A stretch of DNA of 62,968 nt, counting the filler, from Jimgerdemannia flammicorona (lineage: Eukaryota): the NCBI GenBank assembly GCA_003990765.1. It is 2 parts of 2 records of this genome, joined end to end, with 100 filler letters (N's around TTAATTAATTAA, not from the genome) between each part and the next. Parts side by side here need not be neighbours in the genome. Positions count along the whole stretch, not along the records: positions 1 to 31,438 come from RBNJ01000398.1; 1 more part is not named here. One strand, 5' to 3'. The notes under the pieces are model-generated. The model was not told the DNA's origin, did no database searches, and was given only the letters and a program-made list of their open reading frames with translations. Made by a program: the position numbers and the translations under genes. Below are positions 13,901 to 27,762 of the stretch, piece by piece (the first letter of the stretch is position 1; each line of letters begins with the position of its first letter).

Positions 13901-16813
13901 CCCCACCACTGTGCTATCGACTGGTCACTGTTCTTCCACCATGCTACTTTCTGTCTTGTGATTTTAACAAACTTGTCCTGCTCCACCTGTCTCTTGAGTA
14001 GTGCCACATTAAGTTGCCATCTGCCTCCACCACCACTGGCTACCTGGAATCTCCCACACACCTCCACACCCCAGTGATCTGACCAGGGACACCACCATAC
14101 TTCTGACGAATCCAAAATATTACCCCAGCATTCTGCTACCAGGATCCAGTCAATCCTCATCCTAACCAAATTCTCACCAATCAGATGCCACCTAGTAAAT
14201 GGCCCTGACTTCTCACCTCGACATTGTCATACTCCATCAACCAATCTCATTTCCTTCTCAGCTTGAAGCCATCATGAGAGCCCAGTAGAAACCACCACAC
14301 CGACTCCACCATCCAACCTATCTAATGTCCTATCATGCACCATGTTGAAGTCCCCTCTCAGAATATCCAGCCCAATCTCATCTTGGCCTCCCCAATCCAG
14401 CCAACCTTCCACCCATTGGTTTCACTCCCTGCCAACTGCTGGCAGATATACAGAGCCAACCACCAATCCATCGCCAGCTCCTCCTTTCTATCTCCCCCAG
14501 ACCAATCGATCACCATATATCTCAACCTCCTTCAGCTCTCCTCTCCCCAAGCCAACCAAGATGCCCACCTGCTCATTCCACCCTGTACTACCATATCATT
14601 CCTTGCTCCACTCCTCATAATCTAGCTCCCCATAGGCCCGAATGTCCTGCAGAAATACTACATCATACCTTCTGTTCTTCAACCACTGAAACAAATACCT
14701 TCACTTCACTCTATCATACAAACCATTGATATTTAGTGATAATATACATAGACTGTTCATCATCATGGATATAAATGTTTAAAGCTCAGCTGGAATTGCC
14801 ACTACCTTTTCAGCCCTACTGCAGATTATTGCCTTCTATTCCTCGCAGATAGCCCTCCAGATGTGGGCTCTATTCACACCACTACAGAAGGCATCCACTC
14901 ACTCCAATGCCACCCTCCTGATATCAGCCATATGGTCCTCATCTACCTCATATCCTTCATCATTCAGAAGCACTGCCACCATCACTATCACCAACTTCGG
15001 CCCCTACAATGCCACATTGAGGAACCCTTCCCAGGCCTCCTGCGATCTATTAAATATATCCACTTCCTTGATATCCTCCTCCATAAGCTCCTCGAGCACT
15101 GCCTGATACCAGTCATCTGCCATCATCACCATGGGCCCATGAGTGGCTGGCCTTGGGGTTCTGTTCAGCTCCTGCAGCATCTCTCTATCCACCGACACAT
15201 CAGAAGCCACATCCACCAGGTCATCCTCCTCAGTGCCTTTCTCTAGCTGAACTACTTTGCCTGCTTCTGGGCATTTCCAATGAACATTTACTGCTCTGGC
15301 CATGTGAACATCCTCCAACTGGGTCTCTGGTACCACCTCGATAGCCTCCTCAAAGCCCGCAGCATTCACCTCCTCCTTATCAGCCCACTTCCCCTTTACT
15401 GGTGTATGAGTGGAGTTCTCCACTCTCCCTAGTTGCAAAAAGGATACCTCAGCCATCTCCACCTCTTCCATCTGATTTTTGGCCATCTCTGCTCTTTCCT
15501 TTTCCTCCTTTTCCGAGCCCTAGAGGACCATCTGTAGGCACTCCCAGTTTGTCCTTTGCCACCTCTTCCTCCTCCCATCTATCGGGATCCAGATCCAGTT
15601 CTTGGCGAACTCCTCCCATCTTCTCTTCTACAATTCCTTCACAGCCTCTCTCTCTTTAAGAGCAACTAGCAATTCCTCCTCCTTCTGTTCAGAACCCTTC
15701 CTTCTCCACACTTTGCACTCCTGCCCTCTGATACGAATCACTTCTGGCCAGTCCCTTCCTTGCCCTGTAGCCTCTTTGTCCTCCAGTCTCACCATCACCT
15801 TGCAATTGCCATTCCTCAGCTTGGTCCCCTCCCAGAACATGAATCTGAAGTCAACCATCTCACCAAATGCCCCCAGTCCTCTGCCACCATTCCTTTGGTC
15901 TCCTATCTCCCCAATGTTGGCAGCCCTTCAATCACCAGTTGCACTGCCTACAGGTCCCACCTCAGGCACCTCACCATGCCAACCTTGATGCTCTTGATGA
16001 CCAGCCCTTTCTCCAGGGCCTTCACCATCTCCTCCTCCTCAACAAATCCTATCTCAACCACCTCCACCAATGGGATGAACTTCAGTGACTCTGCCCCTGC
16101 AATCTCCTCCCCCACTAGCTGCAAGACCTCTCTAGCAGACATCCTCAGCCCCAAAAAATTCACTGAAATGGCCCACGTCAACACCGACTTGTGGAAGAAG
16201 GGACGCACCACCAGTTCACCAGAACCTGCTGCCATCATTGCCTTCTTCTTGCTCTCTGACACTCCAGCAGTCACTCCAGCCACCAGCCCAGCCCCAGGAA
16301 TATCAGTTCCAGCCACACCACTTCCGGACCCCTGGCCCCTGGCAGGCACCTGACCAGTCACCTGACCAGTCACCTGGCTGGTCACCTGACTCCTACCCCT
16401 GTCAACACTATGTCCCCTCTGCCCTACCCCCATGGGCCTAGTAGCCACCCTCCTGCCCCCCATCACCATGTACCAACTCTCAATACCAGCCTGCCTCTCC
16501 TGACCATCTGCTCCTCTTGCCCCTACACCAGCCCCTACACCTATACCAGCCCCAACCATCACCACAAAACTCTTAGGGAGACCCAGACCAGGCCTCCTTC
16601 TCTCCAAATGCTCAGAGCTTGATGAACCCTGGGGTTGCTATCTGATGAAAACTCCACCAAAACAGATGAGACTTGTTGTTTACTGTAGCTAGACTCCTGC
16701 TGCACCTTGTACATCAGAATAGATGATGGGAAAACTTGAAAATGTGTTGCTTGTTGTGAAAAGATGTCTGTGTGGCTTAGCTTGCTCTGAATGGTTTGAG
16801 TAAAAGAAGTCCC
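10986..16813 (-). mobile_element. Full-length non-LTR retrotransposon, L1/Tx1-like (LINE-1 of window), inactivated
   Basis: Poly(A) tail (T run at 10986) after AATAAA; 11-bp TSD GAAG(G/A)ACAAGA (10975-10985 / 16814-16824). ORF2 from ~14763 has APE motifs LSLNING, GDFN, RIDW, SDH and RT motifs LDQEKAYDRV, PQGDPLSP, FADD; C-terminal C…TPEH…C. ORF1 ~14780-16620. Confidence 0.95.
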
Positions 16814-18291
16814 GAAGAACAAGAAGATCATATGATATAACTCACCCAGACTATGAGATTAGTAATAATGACTAACTGTGAGTCATTATGACTACAGGAC
16901 AGGCATCTTGAGGAATATAAAAGAAGAATTAAGAAACCATAGTAGTAGCAACTCAATAAGATCCACTAATCTCAAAATAGCTCAAAGATTTACTATAAAT
17001 GAAATGCCTGCTGCTTGCCAAACCTCAAGGTCAAGAAACCACCAAGACCACTCAGTCAAAGAAAGAATATTCCAAGACATCAGAAGAGCCATGAGGACCT
17101 GTATAAGAAGGACTCCTAGCTTTAACCTGGATACCAGAGATCTTTATCACTTTATCTTCTACCATTGTGAAATAGAAATAAGGATTACTATTACTACTGA
17201 ATATCTCCAAATATGGTAGGAGTATGAAATAGGAAACCTTCTATACTGAGAGTTCCCACAGTCCAGCCCTCAAGAGTTATAAGATACCACTCCTATAGAT
17301 ATATGTGAAATAAGAATAGCTAAGAAGATTCATCAGATCTTCAGGTATACACTATGGTCAATCTCCAACTTGAAGTATACTAGAGTCATAGACTTCAGAG
17401 ATCTGTCAGCCCACTATATCAATGTACTAGGCCAGGGTAGCAACAGAAGCCTAGTCCACTATCACCCTTGATAGTGATAAGGTAGAAGAGTTCTGGTATC
17501 CCATCCTCCAGGACAATCCAGATCAATTCCTACAAGGATTGATCTCTGTATTCTAAGGCCCCAGCATCCAGGTCAGACCTCTCCAAGACCCTATATTTAT
17601 TTCCAATTTTGTGGAAGAGAATCTCATAGATTGGAGAGCCCCCAATTTTCCCACTGCTGAATGTGATGATGTCATTAGCAATGACAAAATGCATGACATA
17701 TACAAAACTCACAATGAAACTGATCTCATCTCCTTTGAAGACATTCTGACCTCTGATGAAGATAAAGCCCTTATGGTCCTAAACATTCTGCTCTAAGTCC
17801 CTTAGTTATATAGAATTATGCCAGCATTCTTTTCCTATATAATAACTATTCCTCCACTGATATTTTGATCTTATGTAACTCAGAATTATTCCAGTACTCT
17901 TTTTCTATATCACTGAAATTATACCAGTATCCTGAATCTGTGTAACCATCTGTGCTGACACTGGAACTTAGCAGTTTTTTGTATTCTAGCATTTTATTTG
18001 GTTATTGGAATTTATATTTAGCTTTATATCTTAGCAACTATTGAATTATATTTTGTATAAATATTCTTCTTATTTTCTTTGAAATAAAGTCAGTTCCAGT
18101 TCACTTACCCTCAATTCCATGCAAGCAATCTAAGAGATAATAAGATAGTTAAAGATAAAAAGTTTGAGGACTATAAGACCTTGGGAAGGTACTCTATAAG
18201 AACTTGCTTATAACAAACTTGAGTTAGTCTAAGAGATACACCTTGAAGAGAATCTGACATATTTGAAGGACTCTGTAACCACTATGTGATA
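16814..18291 (+). repeat. 3' LTR of B1, second part; includes U3 ORF copy 2 (17004-~17795)
   Basis: Colinear with ~3715-5207; ends …ACCACTATGTGATA. Confidence 0.92.
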
Positions 18292-18478
18292 ATAAATATA
18301 TATAATATACTATTAATATACTGAATTCAAATATTAAAGCAATGATATTTTGTCCAAAGAAGGCTATTTAAGTATACTTTCTACTTATAATAAATTATAA
18401 TTATTTATTATAGATTGGTTATAGTTTAAGATTATATAAATTATTATAGAATTAATTATATATATAAAAATAACAGGA
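18292..18478 (+). repeat. Left TIR, piece 2
   Basis: Reverse complement of ~27260-27445; joins piece 1 once the ATAA TSD is removed. Confidence 0.85.
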
Positions 18479-21400
18479 CATCTTTCTCCAGTAACATTTA
18501 GGTTATACAACCTTTTGACAATATTCACAATATTATTTTTGAAGAAAAGATACTAGTAATATAGTAACTGATGAGTATTCTGAGGTATGTACTAGGCAGG
18601 GTGGCCCTAGTGTATTTTACTGGCAGTATGTAGAGAGGGGCCCTGGCTTGGAGGGAAGCATGAGGGGTCTGCTGGCAGGAGGATGTGGAAGGAGAGGGGG
18701 CAGAGATGAAGGGCAGGGGACTGGGAGAGTAAGCTTCACTAATAAGGTAAAGGGGGGTTAGCTGGTGACTAGACTGAAAGGCTGGTTGAAAAAGGGTAAG
18801 AAGATGGCAAAGACTACAGGGTATGGGGGAGCAGTACTTGGGGGTGGAAATAGTGGAGTCAGGGGAGTAGTGGCTAGAATAAGCGAGATTGCTGATGGTA
18901 GAGTGACTTCTAATCTGGAAATAAAATCCAGATGTGATGGCTGATGATGGAGCTGAACAGGGGGGGGTATGAGGTCTGGAGATTTGGCAGATAGTGTAAT
19001 GGGCCTGATGGCAGCCCCATTACTCAAGAAATTACAGTTAGAATTCACTATCATGTTGTGCTTCTAAGGCTTAGTTATTATGGTAAGAATGATTCTGAGA
19101 CTACTGGCTCAGGAGGTAAAGGGGGACACTTTGGTGAAGTTCTCAAAGGGAATGAAAAAGGTGAAAGTTGGCTTTGAGCAAGAGGAGGTACTGTTGGAGG
19201 TGATGGAGAAGGGGGTAGTGGTGGGGGGGGTGATGATCCCCATGGCATGGTACTTGTACTGAGATCCTTAAGTAGTATAGTTGATAGTACTGGATGTGCC
19301 AAAAGTATTGAAGGAAATGACCAGGGGGCTGATTGTGGAGGCCATCAAAGAGTATGAGGAGATTGTAGATGTTGGGTTTAGGGTCTGGAAGGGTACCAAG
19401 TTCAGGACAGGAGATGTGGATGTCAGGGTATGGTTAGTGAATAAGAATAATATGGGGAAGATGAGAGACTGACTGATAGTGCTAAAGTGGGGCCCTGTGG
19501 AGTGCAAGGTCACACAGGTGAAGAGAATATTGAAAGAGGAAGAGGACTTGCTAAAGGTGCTGGAAGATCTGGCTAGGGTTGTGAAGAGGAAGAGATTGGC
19601 CTAGAAGGAGTATGAGGCCAAAATGGTGGTGGAGATTATCAATAGCAAGAAGGTATGGTGGGATCAGACAGCCTGGGAGAGGACACAGAGAAGGTGGGTT
19701 CAGAAGGAGCTGCTGGTAAAGTTGAGAGGAGGGACAGCTGGGGGGAATGTCACTGATGTAACCAGATTGAAGGTAAGTGCCTAGATAGGAGAGGAGGGAG
19801 CAGTATCAGGGGGGAGCCTGGGAGGGGAGGAGAGTGCAGGATTGAGTATTGTTGTAGAGGATATGGAGATGGCAGAGGGAGAGGACTCTCAGTATGGAGT
19901 GCCTGATGGAGCTGGAGGTAATGATGAACTGTAGGATATTCTGGAGGAGAACGGAGATGAGTTGGTGAGAAGGATTTCAGAGGGGAGACAGGTGGAAGAG
20001 GAGATGGGAGTGACTCAGAGAGTGGCTCAGGGAGTGGCAGAGACTGAGCTTGAGGAGAAATAGCTATGAAAGATGCTGGAGAATATAGTGGCTGAGGAGC
20101 TGGGAGGAGATGATTTCTGGGTACTAAGTAAGAGATACTGAGGAGAGATCTTACATAGAGAGGTAGTGCTGCAAAACTCAGAGATGAGATAATGGTGACA
20201 CTGTTGGAGGAGGAGACCTATCAGATGGATAACACTAGAGAGGAGACACTATGGAGAGTTGTAAGTAACAGGGCTGCATATCTGTGGGGCTCAAGAAAAG
20301 GACTAGTGAAGTGACAGGTGGTGTATAAAGAGTACTATATAGAGATGGAGGCTGTGAATGGCATGGATTATTAGGAGATTTTGGCAGCATTGGAGGCCCA
20401 ACAGGGAGAGGCAGATGAACTGGCATTAGAAAGAAATCTGGACTTGGCTGGGGATGCAAGAAGTATGGAACTGTAGAGTGAATAAATGGGCTTTAACTAA
20501 AATTATTCAATATGAACAGTACAACTAGAATCATATCTCTGAATATCAATGGGCTATGAGGGGTGGTGAGGTAGTATAATATTTTTGAATGGTTAAAGGG
20601 GACAGAGGTTGATTTGTTTTTACTGTAGGATGTTGGGTGCAATGGGGACCTAGATAGTCAGGATTGGATGAAGGAATAGGGAGGAGTGACAGTTTGGAGT
20701 GGACATGTAGGCATTCTGATTAGGAAGGGCAAGGAGGACATTGGAGACAATGGATAATGGGGGAGCATATTAGTGTGGGGAGTTTGGAAGAGGCCAGGCT
20801 GGAGGTCATTAGTGATTGGGTTATGTTATTGTCTGGCAGAAAGAGAGGAGAGAGTAGAATAGATCCAAGGATTGTGAGAGTCTGAAGCACTAGTAGAGGT
20901 AGGGATTAATTGTCTTAGGGGAGACTTCAATATGATACATAATGAGAAGATAGATAGAACTGATGGGGGTAGAGAGATGATGGATAGGAGTGGGAGTATA
21001 GAAGTCTGGGAAGGAGTCAAACATCTGTGCACTTTAGTGGATACTGAGAGACTTGGATGGGGAGATTATAAAGTCTTTACCCACTGGGTGGTAGGATTAG
21101 ACTTGAGGATTGACTGGATGTTGACTGCAGATTGCTGGGGAGTGAATATCTGGAGGACTCTGGAGACAGTTTGGTGTCTATGGTCAGATCACTGGGGTCT
21201 ATTAAGTGAGGGGTGTTTTGGAGGAAGTGGGGAGGGGCCTAGACACTGGTGACTAAATACTTTCTTATTAGAGAAGGAATTCCTATAGAAGACTTGGATG
21301 ATAGACATTAGTGCTAGGATATATGGTTGGAGAGATGTGGGACTGGAGATTAGTGATCAGTAGAGGTAATTAAAGTCTATAGTACAATAGTACTAAAGAG

Positions 21401-24236
21401 AGGCAGGAAGGATGTGGGGGACCAGAGGAAGAAGAGATCAAGATGGGTCTCTCAGAGGCTAATAAGGGTGTTGGAGACTTGGGTAGATTTGGTGAATAAA
21501 GGAGTAGAGGGAGATTGGTGGCTTCAGTGGGCCAGGCTGGAGGCAGAGAAGCTAAAAGGCATTCTGAAGTAGGAGGAGGACCTACAGGTTAAAAGTATGA
21601 CAGTCAGGCTGTAGTGGCAGAGACTGGAGGAGAAGGAATGACCTACTAAGTTTTTATCACATCTGTTACAGGTAAGGAGAGTCTGGCAGTGGTGGGAGGG
21701 GGTTCTGGATGAGGCTGGAGAGCTGGTTGTGGAGATGTCAGAGATCCTGAACAAGTTGAGCAAGCAGTGGGGACATCTGTAGAGTGAGGAGGATAGTGGG
21801 GAGGGGGCATTGGATATTGCCAGATACTTAGAGGAATAGCATCTGAATCTGATAGCAGGCATAGGAGATCTTGGTGCTGCAGAGGAGATTTAGTGAGTGC
21901 TGTAGATGACAAGCTCTGGAACTGCACCTGGGGAGAATGGGTTAAAGTGGGATTTCTGAAAGAAGATAGCAGGAGTTGAGCTAGTTCTGGAGGAAATAAA
22001 GGCAATGTACAATGAAGTATTAGACTTCAGGGCATGAATTAGAGGGCAGAGCTTAGGCCTTGTGGCTTTGCTGTTTAAGAATAAGAGAAGAAGAGAGGAG
22101 TGGAAGAACTGGAGACCAATCATGCTTCTGGATATAGATTGCAAGCTGGTCATAAAGGTATTAGTGGCTAGGCTGCAGAGAGTGGCTCAACAGGTTCTTG
22201 GAGTAGAGCAGAGAGGATTTTTAAAGAGTCATCTGATTAGAGATGAGACAGCCTGAGTATATGGTATTATTGAGAGTGTGTGTACTACAGAGATGGATAG
22301 ACAACTGGTTTTTCTAGACCAGGAAAAGGCCTATGACAGAGTCTGGTGAGTGTGGTTGGAAAGGGTGTTGAAGTGCATTGAGGTCCCTCATAGAGTTCAG
22401 TGAGCCTTGATCAGTCTGTTGGAAGGAAGTTGGGCAGCAATTATAGTAAATAGGTACAGGAGATATTCATTCTCTCTGGGCAGAGGAGTGCCACAGAGGG
22501 ATCCACTATCACTGATACTGTATGTGCTATCACTGGAGCCTCTTTTGGATAGGATATAGCATAAGGTAGGAGGGTTGAACATATTAGAGATTAACTGGAA
22601 AGTGAGGGTATTCACTGATAATATAATGGTTGGGCTGGGGTCAGTTTCAGATATTGCAGTACTGAAGGGTACAGAGAGTGGTATGAGAGGTGCTCTGGTA
22701 CCAAGCTCAACTGGTATAAGTGTGAGACCTTGGTGCTGGGTGGAGGGATAGTGGGTGGGGATGTGATTGGAATAATTGTTCCAGCAGGAGAGGCAGTTCA
22801 ATATCTGGTGATTTATTTTTCAGTGGCTCCTTATTACTGTGCAAGTGGTGGGAGCAGAGGTTGACTGAGTGGGGAAGCACTCTTCTGGGGTGGGGTGGTT
22901 GATATATTTCTCTAGCAAGAAGAGTAATGGTGATAAATATATACTGGTTACCTAAACTGTGGTATCTAGGATATCACTAAGACTTTCTGATATGGGTAGT
23001 CAAGCAACTTCTGAAGATGGCCAGGACCTAGATATGGGTGGGATGATGGAGTCAGATTAGTTGAGAGATATTGACTTGGCTGGTGGACAGAGGAGGCTGG
23101 GGTTAGTGGATTTTCCCAAGTATCTTCACTGCTTGAGAGCATGGTGACTAAAGAGAGCAAGTGAGTTGAGGGGCAGGAAGTGGGTTCCTCTCATGTAAAG
23201 GGTGTGGGAAGCCCTCTTCTCCCCCTATGGTGAACTAGAGATCTTCTGTCTCTAGTAGCTTTAGAGGATAGTCAGAGGATATGATATAGGGAATTCTGGT
23301 GGGGGTAATCAATAGAGCATATCATATTGGTCTCAGATAGAGAGGGAATGAGGGGGAAGAGAATTGGGGACCCCAGATATAGAGGTGGGACCATCTTCTG
23401 TTGAGCAGAGTACCAGTGGATGATTTCTGCTTAGAAGACAGCATGGAGTACCTTTGGGAATGAGGAAGAGACTTGTGGCTGGAGACACAGCAGGGGGTGG
23501 GAATTGGTGAGGAGTAGAACTGAAATGGTATTTGGTGATTGGGCAGTTGAGTAGCAAATTGGATATCTCCCAAGTTCTGGATAGTATGATAGAGAGTTCC
23601 ATAGTACAATATTAAGCTGAACTATCAGATAAGCCACTTGGTGGAGGAGGGTACTCAGGAGTGTGAGGAGTGCCTCAACATTAGACAGAAGAGAGGGGTG
23701 ATACAGACCCCTGAACATTGGCTGGGGGCATGTGAGGTGATGGGGGACTTTTGGAGAGAAATTGAGATATGGCTGGGGGTACACTCACCAGGGCTGGCAG
23801 CTAGAGGGAGGTGGAGTAATCTCTGGAGGAGGATGGTGGGGGGGATGAGAGATGAGTGGTTAATATTAGGTTGGGTGTTGATGATCTGGATTAGTATAGC
23901 TAGATATTGGCTTTCAGTATTTGAAGAGGATCAAAGACTACTACTGGGGAGGAAAGTGGCTAGATAGAAATGATTGATGTTAGATATGTTGAATAGATAG
24001 TAGACGGGTGGGGGTGTGGATAGAGGGTATTAGCAATAGCTAGTGGAGATAATCTTTGTGAAGAGTAGAGGGGGGATAGAGTGACAGGGGAGTGGGCAGT
24101 ATTTTGAAGTGATGGAGAGGAGGAGAGAGATTTTCTAAGTAGGATTGAGTGAGAGACACCTGTATATTAGCAATATATCTTAGATGGTTAGATAGTAATA
24201 AAGGAGTCCAAATAACTATAAAATATATATATATAT
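18479..24236 (+). mobile_element. Near full-length L1/Tx1-like LINE (LINE-2), decayed
   Basis: ORF1 remnant GFRVWKGTKFRTGD homologous to LINE-1 ORF1; ORF2 starts 20512 MNSTTRIISLNING, with GDFN, SDH, KNWRPIMLL, LDQEKAYDRV, GVPQRDPLS, FTD; AATAAA plus A/(TA)n tail; probable TSD AAATAA(C/T)AGGA (18468-18478 / 24237-24247). Confidence 0.92.
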
Positions 24237-24345
24237 AAATAATAGGAGAATAAATAGATATTATATAGAACAAACTAATATTAGGTAATTAGAAATTTAT
24301 AGTATCCTCAAATAAAACAAAAATCAATTATTTTGAATTCTATAT
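24237..24345 (+). repeat. Left TIR, piece 3
   Basis: Reverse complement of ~27160-27270. Confidence 0.82.
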
Positions 24346-24619
24346 ATAACATCTGCCTTTTTTTATCATCTTTGAATTTTATAGTCAATTGATATCACAT
24401 GACCTTTTCCACATTGAAAATGCTGCAAAAACTACTTTAAACTAACTATAAATACTCAAACAATATATTATTATTATTTCAAATATCTAAGATACTACAA
24501 AATTGATTCAAAGATATGAAATATCACTTAATACAAGTTATATAACATTAATTAACTAAAATTCAAAGATAATGAAAAAGGTATATATTATATACAAAAT
24601 CCAAAAGGAGGAGAAAATT

Positions 24620-26955
24620 CGCTAGATTCTTATTGTGACTATGCTGAGCATGGTACCTAGAGAGGATGGTCTGTTCTGGGACTTTTGGAAGAAGATGGTA
24701 GATATCTCTGGAGTGCTGGGAGAGATGATGGTGCTTTGTGACTTAGTACTGCAATCAGAGAGGTGAGTGGGTGAGCAGGATCTGGGACTAGTGGCTCTGC
24801 TTTTTAAGGACAAGAGTAGGAGGGAGGACTGGAAGAACTGGTAGCCCATTATGCTTCTGGATATGGACAGGAAGTTGGTCACTAAGGTGGTAGTGGTAAG
24901 ACTACAGAAGGTGGCCCAGCAAGTCTTGGGTGAGGAGCAGTGAGGTTTTATAGGAGACTGGCTCATTAGAGATAACATAGCCTGGGTGCATGGCATTATT
25001 GAAGAGGCTCAAGCCTGTGGACTGGATGGAAGATTGGTCTTCTTGGATCAAGAGAAAGCATATGACCATGTTTGGCAGATCTGGCTAGTAAAGATTTTAA
25101 ATAGGATTGGTATCTCTTAGCAGTTTTGAGTGATAATGATCAGCCTGCTGGAAGGGAGTAGAGTAGTGCTTATGTATAATGAGCATAAAGGGGTAGTATT
25201 CTCTCTGGGGAAGGGTGTTCCCCAGAGAGACCCACTGTCTTCTATTTTATATATTCTATTCTTAGAGCCATTGATGGATAGGATTCAGTGGAAGATAGTA
25301 GGACTCTCAGTATTCAGTATTGTGTAGAAAGTTGGTGCCTTTGCAGATGATATAGTGGTTGATCTATGGTCAATTGCTGATATTGAGGAACTCCAGGAAA
25401 CAGTAGAGTGGTATGAGGCACACTCTGGGCCTAAACTTAACTAGTACAAGTGTGAAACAATGGTATTAGACAATGGCCTAGTGAGAGGAGATATCATTGG
25501 AACAATAGTCCCAGCTAGAGAGGCTGTGAGATACTTGGACATCTATCTTTCAGTATATGGGTCAGTCCTCTAAGACCTTGGTAGGAGCAGTAGGTGGCTA
25601 TCTAGAGGGAGGTCTTGCAAAGTTGAAGTAGCTGCCACTTGTCTTTGACAGGGTACATTATAATTTTGAATATCTACTGACTGCTGAAGTTGTAGTATTT
25701 GGTATATTATCTGGACTTTTTAGCCTGAGTGGTGAAGAGGCTATTGAAGTTGGCCAAAGATTAAATCTGGGCTGAAAGGAGGAGTCATATTAGCTGGGAA
25801 ATCTTGTCATTACCATTAGCTAGAGGAGGTCTTGGGCTGGTTGACTTCCTGAAGAGGTTGCATTGTCTGAGGGTATGGTGACTGAAGAGAGTGGTGGAAC
25901 TGAGAGTTGGTAGCTGGATTCCACTGATAAAGAAGGTCTGAGAGATGAGGTGCTTACTAAGAGGAGCTACCAGGAATCTACTGTCTTTGGTTGGGCTTCA
26001 AAATAGTGGGCACATAAGGTTTAAGGGCTTCTGGTGGGGAGTAGTTGATGGAGCTCACTATGAAATTTACTGGTAGAGGGATGAAAGAGAGGTGCCTTGG
26101 GGCCTGGTAATATGGAGATAAGATTGAGTGTTGCTGGAGAGTACCCCCCTTATAGACTTTGATATTAGTGATGGAGTTAAGTACCAGAGGGGGTTGGGAC
26201 AAGATGTATGGCCTAGCAGTTGACAGATAGTAGGTATTGGAAAGAAGTAAAACTGGAATAGAGTCTGGGCCTAGAGTATAGAGATGAGATGATAGTTACC
26301 ATCTAAGTACTGGGTAGTTTGGTGATATATATTGTAGAGGAATGTCATACTCAACTTTTGCTTGAGCTACCTTATAGAGGAGGGGAGCTTTGACTATAAG
26401 GAGTGCTATAATATAGGACAAGAAGAGGAGTTTGTGTAGATACCAGAACATTGGCTGAGAGAGTGTGTAGTACTTAGAGATTTTTGGTTAATAGTTGGGA
26501 ATAGACTGGATGTAGTGCATAAGGGGGTCAATGAGAGGATCTGAGGAATAGATTGGTGGGGGGGGTGGGGAAGGAGTGACTTACTTTGGGTTAGATATTG
26601 GCTATATAGGTGGGGCTGGCAGGTCATTGGCTATTTGTATTTGAAGAAAGAAAGCATTTGAGTCTAGAGGAGCAGTTATTGAGGTGGGAAGGGTTGATGG
26701 AAGATATCTTGATAGGCTGGTGGTTGGGATGGGGTCTGTAGAGAGATCAGCAGTACCATTTGGTAGAGAAAATTTGTAAGCAGAGTGAGAAGATAGTTGG
26801 GGTGATAAGTGATAAGATAGTATTTAAGCATGAGAGTATAGGGGTGGGGGGTCCTAGGGATATTGGGTGGGGGTATTGTAATTATATTTGATAGATTGAT
26901 AATAAAGGCAAAATCTAAGAGACTATAAAAAATATATATATATATATATATATAA
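24620..26955 (+). mobile_element. 5'-truncated L1/Tx1-like LINE (LINE-3), RT and C-terminal part only
   Basis: LDQEKAYDHV, GVPQRDPLS, GAFADD, VRYLDI; AATAAA, short A tail then (TA)n. No clear TSD, 5' edge approximate. Confidence 0.9.
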
Positions 26956-27159
26956 TGTGCTCCTTTTTGAATGTTTTTAAGTGATGGGATATTCTATAGA
27001 GTTTCTGCTGGATGGGTGTTGCATTTCTTGTATTTATGCTATAGTGATATGATGGGTTGTATAGTAGGTTGCTATAATTGGTGGTGATGATATCTTGATA
27101 TTTGTTAAGGAGTTCTACTAGTTGTTACTATTGTTGGGGTATTAATTCTTCTCCATATA

Positions 27160-27760
27160 TATATATAGAATCCAAAATAATTAATTTTTGTTTTATTAGA
27201 GGATACTATATACTTCTAGTCACCTAATATCAGTCTGTTCTATACAGTATCTATTTATTCTCTTATTATTCTTGTATATATATAATACTATAATAATATA
27301 TAATCTCAAACAATAACTAATCTATTTAATAAATAAATTATAATTTATTATAAGTAAAAAGTATACTTAAATAGCCTTCTTTAGACAAAATATCATTACT
27401 TTAATGTTTGAATTCAGTATATTAATAATATATTACATATATTTATATATATTTAAAAAGAGTTTTTTTATTATTTTTTTAAAAGATAAAATAAATAATA
27501 TTTTAAAAAATAAATTATATAAGATTATAGAGAAATATTAAAAGGATAACTATAATAAGTTTTTAATTTATATCTCAAATTATTATCTATCTATTAAATA
27601 AAGAATATTTATAAATAATTTCATTCCAAAACTGAATTAATAAATGTTTTTTTTTTTTTTAATATATTTTAATATAAAATATATTTATATAGAGTATTTT
27701 TATTTTAATAATTAAAATATAAATTTTTATAAAACATTAGTTTAGTTTTGAAATATATTA
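27160..27760 (-). repeat. Right TIR (~600 bp, uninterrupted)
   Basis: Inverted match to the three left pieces in order. Confidence 0.88.
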
Positions 27761-27762
27761 TA

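Larger units (their letters stand above)
3652..18291 (+). mobile_element. Ty3/Gypsy LTR retrotransposon B1, full length, with dUTPase; LINE inserted in 3' LTR
   Basis: Paired ~1.55-kb LTRs starting TGTAATGGTGACC; 4-bp TSD ATAA (3648-3651 / 18292-18295); TGG-type PBS at ~5211; PPT before 10908; gag-PR-dUTPase-RT-RH-IN order. Confidence 0.95.
3262..27760. mobile_element. Long-TIR Tc1/mariner-type DNA transposon (non-autonomous or decayed) expanded by nested insertions
   Basis: Left end TA|CAGTATGTTCCAAAACTAAACTAATG; right end CATTAGTTTAGTTTTGAAATATATTA|TA is the same end with C>T/G>A changes. TA duplication at 3260-3261 and 27761-27762. Removing the element restores the host dUTPase reading frame. 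Confidence 0.88.

Noticed and set aside
11589..16622. Many Pro/Ser-rich plus-strand ORFs over LINE-1, and antisense ORFs over the other elements
   Set aside because: Shadows of G-rich antisense coding sequence with few stops.
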